Of a stretch of DNA of 64,000 nucleotides, positions 14,901-24,929 are shown piece after piece (position 1 is the stretch's first letter; every line of letters starts with the position of its first letter). The position numbers and the translations under genes were made by a program. The stretch spans positions 32,361,648-32,425,647 of the forward strand of contig NC_092673.1 of the NCBI RefSeq assembly GCF_964355755.1, read 5' to 3'. This DNA is from Antedon mediterranea. Lineage: Eukaryota; Animalia; Echinodermata. The notes under the pieces were generated by a model, which saw only the letters and a list, made by a program, of their open reading frames with translations, made no database searches and was not told the DNA's origin.

Positions 14901-17900
14901 ATCAATATTTCACGTATTCAAATTTCTTCTACATGCTAATACGTTTTTGCTGAGATAATTTCCTTTCGGAATTGCTACCTTCGCGTTTCATTTTAAAACC
15001 GTCAACATGTTAAAAATTGCAATAAATAGCGGGTCCCGTAATTTCACCTATTCTACACTGTATGTGATATGGATACAGATTATACTGTGTATACTACATA
15101 ATATATGAATTTAAACAATAAATTTCAGCAATAACAACATATCATATTCTTCAGTTCAGGTCATAATGCCAACGTGAACACTTCCTTTTGTCCTCAACCT
15201 ATCCCCTTAATGTTAATGTTGCACCACTTGCGCGGCGGATAACCAAACTCGTCAAAGTGACGAGTTACATGTCTAGTCTTTTTCTTAATCTTCTTTCTTT
15301 CTGTATGATTTTTGTGTAACGCTTTTCTCTAAAACTTGCAAACATAACATTTTGTTAACTATGTTAACATTTTGACATTTATGTAACGTCGTCAAGCGAA
15401 GCTTTTCATGATGTTTACAATCGCGCAACGTGACGTACGCGCGATTTAACGATTTTCTCGTATTTAACATATGTCGAAAACCAAATAACATTTTAAAGTG
15501 AAACTTTGCAAAAGTTTAATTTATATCATGCGCTAACCTTCTGTTGAAAAAAAATTGCGTGTTTTACACAAAGTTACGCGCGCACGCGCATTTAAAATTT
15601 CAAAATGCGCAAAATTAATTTCTAATCAACTTTCTACGCGTTTCATGTCGGTTTAAGCATGTCAAAAATTCCCACGCATGCGCACATTTTTACGTGTGCG
15701 GAGCGCACGTAGCATTGAAAACGTATTTTTTTCGCGTGATTTATGTTTTTCCAGCCTTTTCTAGTAATTTTACCAAATTTTAAACAATTTTGACTTAAAG
15801 ATACGTCATACGAGCACGTCGAATTGGACAATTTGCGCGCGTTTTTTATGAAAACGTTAAAAAATTCGTTTAAAATATGCCTTTTTTAAAACAGTCGTAA
15901 TTTCTAAACTAAACGGTCAACTTTTTGTGGATGGCATTTTCTGGAAGTAGATGAGTTGTAGATATTGGATCAGGTATTAATATGGCTAACCGGACATTGT
16001 GATGTCATCGTATGGCCACGCAAATATAAAATTTAGGATTTTGTATCTTTCGTCACAGCTCATCACATTGAATAGAGCGCATCTCCACTTATCCGTTTTC
16101 CATTTTCACCCCGATTTTGATATTGTCTAGGTCAATCAACTATCTTTCGCATGAGTTAAAAATATTTTAATTTTTTTTACGTCATCGTGCTTAAAAATTT
16201 AAATCACGTGTGGCATTAATTTCATCTTTACAGTAAATTTTAATCTGTTATAGCTCGTAAGAATAAAATGTGATAATCACGATTAAAACTTTTTCTGGAA
16301 GCTATTGGACTGTAGATACGAAATTATGTAAAAATGTTGCCAATCGGATGTTGTGACGTCATCATATGGCCAGTTAAATAAAAAAGGTCGTATTTTCATC
16401 TTTTGCGTCATAATTCATTACATTTAAACGAGCGCGCATCAATATTTCACGTATTCAAATTTCTTCTACATGCTAATACGTTGTTGCTGAGATAATTTCC
16501 TTTCGGAATTGCTACCTTCGCGTTTCATTTTAAAACCGTCAACATGTTAAAAATTGCAATAAATAGCGGGTCCCGTAATTTCACCTATTCTACACTGTAT
16601 GTGATATGGATACAGATTATACTGTGTATACTACAGTATATATGAATTTAAACAATAAATTTCAGCAATAACAACAGATCATATTCTTCAGTTCAGGTCA
16701 TAATGCCAACGTGAACACTTCCTTTTGTCCTCAACCTATCCCCTTAATGTTAATGTTGCACCACTTGCGCGGCGGATAACCAAACTCGTCAAAGTGACGA
16801 GTTACATGTCTAGTTGGTTATCCGCAACGAAGTTGCAGGATAACCTCTTGTGATTGTACGAAATCAACCTGTATGATTTTTGTGTAACGCTTTTCTCTAA
16901 AACTCGCAAACATAACATTTCGGTAACTATCTTAACATATTGAAATTTACGTAACGTCGTCAAGCGAAGCTTTTCATGACGTTTACAATTGCGCAACGTG
17001 ACTTACGCGCGATTTAACGATTTTGTCGTATTTAACATAGCTCGACAACCAAATAACATTTCAACTTGAAACTTTGCAAAAGTTTAATTTATATCATGCG
17101 CTAACTTTCTGTTGAAAAAAAATTGCGTGTTTTACACAAAGTTACGCGCGCACGCGCATTTAAAATTTCAAAATGCGCAAAATTAATTTATAATCAACTT
17201 TCTACGCGTTTCATGTCGTTTTAAGCATGTCAAAAATTCCCACGCGTGCGCACATTTTTACGTGTGCGGTGCGCACGTAGTATTGAAAACGTACTTTTTT
17301 CGCGTGATTTATATTTTTCCAGCCTTTTCTAGTAATTTTACTAAATTTTAAACAATTTCGACTTAAAGATACGTCATACGAGCACGTCGAATTGGACAAT
17401 TTGCGCGCGTTTTTTATGAAAAGGTTAAAAAATTCGTTCAAAATATGCCTTTTTTTAAACAGTCGTAATTTCTAAACTAGACGGTCAACTTTTTGTGGAT
17501 GGCATATTCTGGAAGTAGATGAGTTGTAGATATCGGATCAGGTATTAATATGGCTAACCGGACATTGTGACGTCATCGTATGGCCACGCGAATATAAAAT
17601 TTAGGATTTTTGTATCTTTCGTCATAGCTCATCACATTGAATAGAACGCATCTCCACTTATCCGTTTTCCATTTTCACCCCGATTTTGATTTTGTCTAGG
17701 TCAATCAAGTATCTTTCGCATGAGTTAAAAATATTTTAATTTTTTTGACGTCATCATGCCTAAAAATTTTAATCACGTGTGGCATCAATTTCATCTTTAC
17801 AGTAAATTTTAATCTGTTATAGCTCGTAAGAATAAAACTTGATAATCACGATTAAAACTTTTTCTGGAAGCTATTGGATTGTAGATACGAAATTATGTAA

Positions 17901-20900
17901 AAATGTTGCCAATCGGATGTTGTGACGTCATCATATGGCCAGTTAAATAAAAAAGGTCGTATTTTCATCTTTTGCGTCATAATTCATTACATTTAAAAGA
18001 GCGCGCATCAATATTTCACGTATTCAAATTTCTTCTACACGCTAATACGTTGTTGCTGAGATAATTTCCTTTCGGAATTGCTAACTTCGCGTTTCATTTT
18101 AAAACCGTCAACATGTTAAAAATTGTAATAAATAGCGGGTCCCGTAATTTCACCTATTCTACACTGTATGTGATATGGATACAGATTATACTGTGTATAC
18201 TATATATGAATTTAAATAATAAAATTCAGCAATAACAACAGATCATATTCTTCAGTTCAGTTCATAATGCCAACGTGAACACTTCCTTTTGTCCTCAACC
18301 TATCCCCTTAATGTTAATGTTGCACCACTTGCGCGGCGGATAACCAAACTCGTCAAAGTGACGAGTTACATGTCTAGTTGGTTATCCGCAACGAAGTTGC
18401 AGGATAACCTCTTGTGATTGTACGAAATCATCAACATCTTTTTCTTAATCTTCTTTCTTTCTGTATGATTTTTGTGTAACGCTTTTCTCTAAAACTTGCA
18501 AACATAACATTTTGTTAACTATGTTAACATTTTGACATTTATGTAACGTCGTCAAGCGAAGCTTTTCATGATGTTTACAATTGCGCAACGTGACGTACGC
18601 GCGATTTAACGATTTTCTCGTATTTAACATATGTCGAAAACCAAATAACATTTTAAAGTGAAACTTTGCAAAAGTTTAATTTATATCATGCGCTAACTTT
18701 CTGTTGAAAAAAAATTGCGTGTTTTACACAAAGTTACGCGCGCACGCGCATTTAAAATTTCAAAATGCGCAAAATTAATTTATAATCAACTTTCTACGCG
18801 TTTCATGTCGTTTTAAGCATGTCAAAAATTCCCACGTGTGCGCACATTTTTACGTGTGCGGTGCGCACGTAGCATTGAAAACGTATTTTTTTCGCGTGAT
18901 TTATGTTTTTCCAGCCTTTTCTAGTAATTTTACCAAATTTTAAACAATTTCGACTTAAAGATACGTCATACGAGCACGTCGAATTGGACAATTTGCGCGC
19001 GTTTTTTATGAAAAGGTTAAAAAATTCGTTTAAAATATGCCTTTTTTTAAACAGTTGTAATTTCTAAACTAGACGGTCAACTTTTTGTGGATGACATATT
19101 CTGGAAGTAGATGAGTTGTAGGTATCGGATCAGGTATTAATATGGCTAACCGGACATTGTGACGTCATCGTATGGCCACGCGAATATAAAATTTAGGATT
19201 TTTGTATCTTTCGTCATAGCTCATCACATTGAATAGAGCGCATCTCCACTTATTCGTTTTCCATTTTCACCCCGATTTTGATATTGTCTAGGTCAATCAA
19301 CTATCTTTCGCATGAGTTAAAAATATTTTAATTTTTTTGACGTCATCATGCCTAAATATTTAAATCACGTGTGGCATCAATTTCATCTTTACAGTAAATT
19401 TTAATCTGTTATAGCTCGTAAGAATAAAATGTGATAATCACGATTAAAACTTTTTCTGGAAGCTATTGGATTGTAGATACGAAATTATGTAAAAATGTTG
19501 CCCATCGGATGTTGTGACGTCATCATATGGCCAGTTAAATAAAAAAGGTCGTATTTTCATCTTTTGCGTCATAATTCATTACATTTAAAAAAGCGCGCAT
19601 CAATATTTCACGTATTCAAATTTCTTCTACACGCTAATACGTTGTTGCTGAGATAATTTCCTTTCGGAATTGCTACCTTCGCGTTTCATTTTAAAACCGT
19701 CAACATGTTAAAAATTGCAATAAAAAGCGGGTCCCGTAATTTCACCTATTCTACACTGTATGTCACTGAGCTGTATGTGATATGGATACAGATTATACTG
19801 TGTATACTATATATGAATTTAAATAATAAAATTCAGCAATAACAACATATCATATTCTTCAGTTCAGGTCATAATGCCAACGTGAACACTTCCTTTTGTC
19901 CTCAACCTATCTCCTTAATGTTAATGTTGCACCACTTGCGCGGCGGATAACCAAACTCGTCAAAGTGACGAGTTACATGTCTAGTTCTTATTCTTATTAT
20001 TTATTTCTCTCTGTACAGATTTTGTGTAACAAATATCTCAAAAAGTTTAATGTTAATGATTACCAAAATTTTACAATGTCTTTCAAATACTGTAACTTAG
20101 TCCTAATAAGCTTTTCAGCGTGATCACTCATCCATGACGTCGCGTATACGCCATTTTGTGAAATCACATTGTCAATCATATCTCCATAATTCATTATCAC
20201 ATATTAATGAAATTCACTACACGTAAACTTCAGGTCAAAGGTAAAAGTATTAGCAAATAAAAAATTGCGTGTTTCAAGGTCATGCGCGTGAAATCGCGCA
20301 TTAAAATTTTAAAAAGCTCAAATTTAAGTTTTGATCAATTTAGAGCATGAAATAGGCCATTTGCGTGTTTCAAAAAATTACTGCGCAAAAACACATTTTT
20401 GCGCACGCGATTTTTAAAAAGGGTAAAAAATAAAATTTGATGTATATATCATATTCTACTCACAATCCTTAGTACATTCTCCGACTTTGAGTCCATTCCG
20501 ACTTAAAATAACGCTATACGAGCACGTTAAAAATGACAAAATGCGCACATTAATTGTACAAAAGTGCTAAAAATGGTAAAAAATAAGGCCTTTTTAAAAT
20601 GAACATAACTCTTCAGAATGGCAGGTGACCCCCAATTTTTTAAACTTATTATGGAAGCCAATAAGTTGTAGATATAAATATATATACATATTAGACGTAC
20701 AAAATGGTATGACGTCATGAAATGGCCACTTGAATTTAAAAATTAGTAATTTTTATCTTTTTGTGTTGGTTATCACATTCAATAGAGGGCATCTCCGTTA
20801 TTTGAGCCCGATTTTTGCAGATATTTTAGTATGTGCTTGCTCAATTAATTATCTTTCTCGTGAGTTGTCAACATTTTTATTGTGATGACGTCATCACGCG

Positions 20901-21508
20901 TAAAAACTTGAATAACCTAGGTCGTGTAATTTCAGCTACACCATACATTTGAATATATTATAGCTCCTCAGAATTAAAGGTGACCTTGAAGATTATAATT
21001 TATTATGAAAGCTGATGAAATGTAGATATGAATTCATATCAAAATTAAGCCTATCGGATGTTGTGATGTTATCATATGGCCAGTTGAAGTTAAAAAGTAG
21101 TTTTTAAATTTCTTTAGTCGAAGTTATACAAATTTCAAAGAGCGCGCATTGCGCTTCTACGTGTCAAATTCTCTTCCAATCCTTATATTTATTTGCTCAA
21201 TTCATTATCTTTCGAAATTGTCATCTTCGAGTTTATTTTGATAATTCCATCATACCAAAAAATTTGAACTTGATGTGTGTCCCATAATTTCACCTATGCT
21301 ACACTGTATATAGATATACAGTATATACTGTACATTGTATATGGCATATAATAGGCATAACTCAGCACTATAAGCGTATAATAGGATGGCATACATCAAC
21401 ATTTTCCTATCGTATGTTAACGTACGTACATGTTTAAAAAAAATTAATTTCATTAAAATGATAAAAATGATCACCTATAATTCGTCAAAGTGACGAATTA
21501 AATTCTAG
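11961..21508 (+). mobile_element. Non-autonomous Helitron/Helentron-like element, family B copy 1, split by the family A block (head 11961-12015, body 19985-21508)
   Basis: 5' hairpin taggtgatcattt-agaata-aaatgatcaccta. 3' subTIR aaatgatcaccta, hairpin aattcgtca-aag-tgacgaatt, end CTAG at 21508. Rejoining 12015 to 19985 gives gaaatcttta|ttcttattcttatt. Confidence 0.82.
12016..19984 (+). mobile_element. Five non-autonomous Helitron/Helentron-like (HINE-type) elements, family A, ~1.55-1.6 kb each
   Basis: Heads ttggttatccgcaacgaagttgcaggataacc start at 12016, 12075, 12134, 16814 and 18378. Tails gcggataaccaa-actcgtcaaagtgacgagtt-acatgtCTAG end at 13739, 15276, 16813, 18377 and 19984. Features: 12-bp subTIR, 3' hairpin, CTAG end, microsatellite behind the head, no TSD. 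Confidence 0.88.
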
Positions 21509-21539
21509 TGAGAAATTGTTTTTGTAAAAAAAAAATGTT

Positions 21540-23064
21540 TCTTTGCAATTTCTTTCTGTACAGATTTTGTGTAACAAATATCTCAAAAAGTTTAATGGCA
21601 ACGACTACCAAAATTTCAGAATGTCTTTCAAATACTTCAACTTAGTCCTAATAAGCTTTTCAGCGTGATCACTTATCCGTGACGTCAATTATACGCCATT
21701 TTGTGAAATCACATTATCAATCATATCTCCTTAATTAATTATCACATATTAATGAAATTCACTACACGTAAACTTCAGGTAAAGGGTAAAAATATTAGCA
21801 AATAAAAACGCACGCGCACGTAGGGTAATGCGCGTGAAAACGCGTGTTAAAAATTTAAAAAGCTCAAAATTACGTTTTGATCAATTTAGAGCATGAATTA
21901 GGCCATTTGCGTGTTTTACAAAATTACTGCGCAAAAACATGTTTTTGCGCGTGCGTACATAGAAAGCGTAAAAAATAACAACTTTTTGTACAAATTGCAT
22001 TCTACTCATCTTCCTTGGTACATCCACCAAATTTGAGTCCATTTCGACTTAAAATAGTGCTATACGAGCCTGTTAAAAATGACAAAATGCGCACATTAAT
22101 TGTACAAAAGTGCTAAAAATGGTAAAAAGTAGGGCCTTTTTAAAATAAATATAACTCTTCAGAATGAAAGGTGACCCCCAATTTTTTAAACTTATTATGG
22201 AAGCCAATGAGTTGTATAAATAAATGTATATACACATTAGACGTACAAAATGGTATGACGTCATCATTTGGCCACATGAATTTTGAAAATAGGGGTTTTT
22301 CCCCTTTTGTCAAAGACCACCATATTCAACAGAGCGCAACTCGCTTATCTGTTATCGATTTTCTTTTAATTTTTAACACATTCTACCTCAACCAATTATG
22401 TTACTTATAAGTTGCCAATATTTTCTTTTGGATAACGTTATCATGTCTTAAAATTTAAATAACGGTGGTTACGTAATTTTACCTACAACGTATATTTGAA
22501 TACCTTACAGCTCTTCTGAATTAAAGTTGACCTCGATGTTTATAATTTAGTATGATAGCTGGTGAAATGTAGATATGAATTCATACAAAAATTAAGCCTA
22601 TCAGATGTTGTGACGTTATCATATGGCCAGTTGAAGTTAAAAAGTAGTTTTTTCATCTCTTTCGTAAAAGTTATACAATTTTTAAAGAGCGCGCACAGCC
22701 CTTCTACGTGCCAAATTTTCTTCCAATTGTTATATTTTATTGCTAAATTCATTATTTTTCAATATTGTTGTCCACAAGTTTTTTTTGATAATGTCATCAG
22801 TGCCAAAAACTTAGAACATGATGTGTGTCCGTAATTTCACCTATGCTACACTGTATATAGATATACACAGTACAGTATATACTGTACATATTGTATATGG
22901 CATATAATAGGCACAACTCAGCACTATAAGCGTATAATAGGATGGCATACATCAACATTTTCCGATTGTATGTTAACATACGTGCATGTTTCAAAAATAT
23001 GAATGTCACTAAAATGATAAAAATGATCACCTATAATTCGTCAAAGTGACGAATTAAATTCTAG
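21540..23064 (+). mobile_element. Helitron/Helentron-like family B copy 2 (no 5' head found)
   Basis: Colinear with 20010-21508. Same 3' end aaatgatcacctataattcgtcaaagtgacgaattaaattCTAG at 23064. Confidence 0.82.
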
Positions 23065-23826
23065 TTATTAAATGTATTTGTACTATTGCAGTCGTGTCAG
23101 TACCGTAATTGAATGTTTTTTACTTTGCATGTATTTTTTATGATTTTCCAAATTACATATAATAAACAATAATATTAGTTGTAGGCCTATAACTTAATTA
23201 AAACTCCAAAGTTGCCTATTAATATTATTAAAAGTCTGAAATCTTTTTTTCAAGATTGGGGATAATTAATACGTACACCTTTAACGTAAAATTTCCATTA
23301 CCTTACAATATAAATATTAATTTAATAATATTATTTTAAAAGGTATAAAAAACATACACTGTGCATAGGAATTCCTACTGTACATAATCATTTTAAATTC
23401 AAAAGTAATACCTTGCATAGGCTTACACAAGCTAGCCTAGCCATGGGCTAGCTACAATACCATAAACGATACTAGAAAAAGAGCCTCTCGTTCGTGACAA
23501 AGGGTCGTTCAACTTCAAAAAATAATATCTGATACGACCTACTATTGGGTCGTAGACCTAAATATCTTCAATATGCTATTGGGTTCTTAATGTAATTACT
23601 AAGTAGGCCTAGTATTTATTAATTAATGTCATCAAATCAAAACTCGTATTAGTGTAGATTTATTTTACTATTGTGAGAGCCTGTGTGAAAGTAAGCTCGC
23701 GGTTTGTAAATGTCAATTGTATTATGTTGTCACGCATCAGTGAGCTGACTTTACCGAATACCGAAGAGAGTCGATTGAGTCCGAAACGAACCGATGGAGG
23801 AACTCTCGTACGGAAAAAAAAATCGC

Positions 23827-24237
23827 CTCCTGTTCGTCCGAAGCGCGTAACAATTTCGAAAGGCATTGTGGGATAGAATAGAGCTATGGGTGGCGGCGCC
23901 ATGTGAGCCATGGAGTAGCGCGCCCGCATCAAATTAGAAAGTCAAAATCATAGAGGGGTTCTGCTAATACTTCTAGGGGGATAGAGTTAGTAACTGACTA
24001 AGGAGTAGGGCGCCCGCATCAAATTAGAAAGTCAAAATCATAGGGATCTGCTAATACTCTAGGGAAAGCGGGGATGGGGGGGGGGGGAGAGTAATTGACT
24101 TTCTAGTTTGGAGGGGGGAACTGCTCCACATGCTGTGAAATGGCGTCGCCCAGTTTGACCTTTTAACCCTGTACTTCCGATACTGTGTTTTGAATGCAAA
24201 TTGAAGAACAGGAGATTCTTGTGTTATAAGTTCTTTG
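23827..24237. mobile_element. ~410-bp MITE-like segment sharing the outer element's terminal sequence
   Basis: Starts ctcctgttc and ends gaacaggag-attcttgtgttataagttctttg. Contains a ~90-bp direct repeat (gcgcccgcatcaaattagaaagtcaaaatcatag at ~23920 and ~24010) and an inverted partial copy (ttgactttctagtttg at ~24095). Confidence 0.55.
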
Positions 24238-24929
24238 GTACTGGGGAAAATCGGGAAATTCCCATTTTTACCTCGCTTCTCTGTATCGATTCTCTGTTCG
24301 CCATATTTGTTTGTCACAAAGAAGTAGAAGACAAAACAATGTAAACGGTTTGCTATTTAAATTAGTATTTAAATGAAAAAAATATTATATTTTGAACTGT
24401 ATGTTAGGCTTGTTGTATTTTTAAAGGCCATTTGGAGAGCTAGATAATTAGTAATAAGACTAGAGTGGAGTTTCTTGCACGCGTACGTGGTGGTTGGTGC
24501 AGGGGGGTAGTTGCAACCCCCTGGTTGGTGCATGAAGGTATAATAAATTATACCTCCGTGGTTGGTGTGGGTATTCTGTAAGGACCATGTGTTACATGAT
24601 GTACTAAATCTGAGTTAAATACGATTTTGTATGAGAAGCTACCTGCTGTTTGTGGTTACCTAATTAATAGAGGGAAATATATAAAAATAAATACATTTTG
24701 AATGCTTGCTTAAAATCCAAGGAATTATAATTAATATAAAGAAAAAACATATGTTTATATTAGTTAAAAAAACTAAAAAAATCCTGAAATTGGCATGTTG
24801 TACAGTAGACCTAAGCTGATGCTGATGGATGTGTTTTGAAACTACTCCGTTGTCTATACTTATAGACTTAAAAAATCATTAACTAGAACAAACTTTTTTT
24901 TTATGTACAGAGGTTCCTCACCAAAATTT

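Larger units (their letters stand above)
7739..24237. mobile_element. Outer TIR DNA element with CAAAG...CTTTG ends (P-superfamily-like, no transposase seen), ~16.5 kb including nested cargo
   Basis: 7739 caaagaacttatataacacaagaatctcctgttc is the inverted repeat of gaacaggagattcttgtgttataagttctttg ending at 24237. Inverted similarity continues between 7773-~7885 and ~23693-23826. Flanks are gtactctggg (left) and gtactggg (right), an 8-bp TSD if one 2-bp slippage is allowed. The P assignment is inference from the CA ends and 8-bp TSD. Confidence 0.7.

Noticed and set aside
12213-23030. Recurrent short ORFs (MLNTRKSLNR..., MSNSTCSYDV..., MTSYHFVRL...)
   Set aside because: They recur only because the non-coding unit is repeated. 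They have no domain motifs and starts and stops vary between copies.
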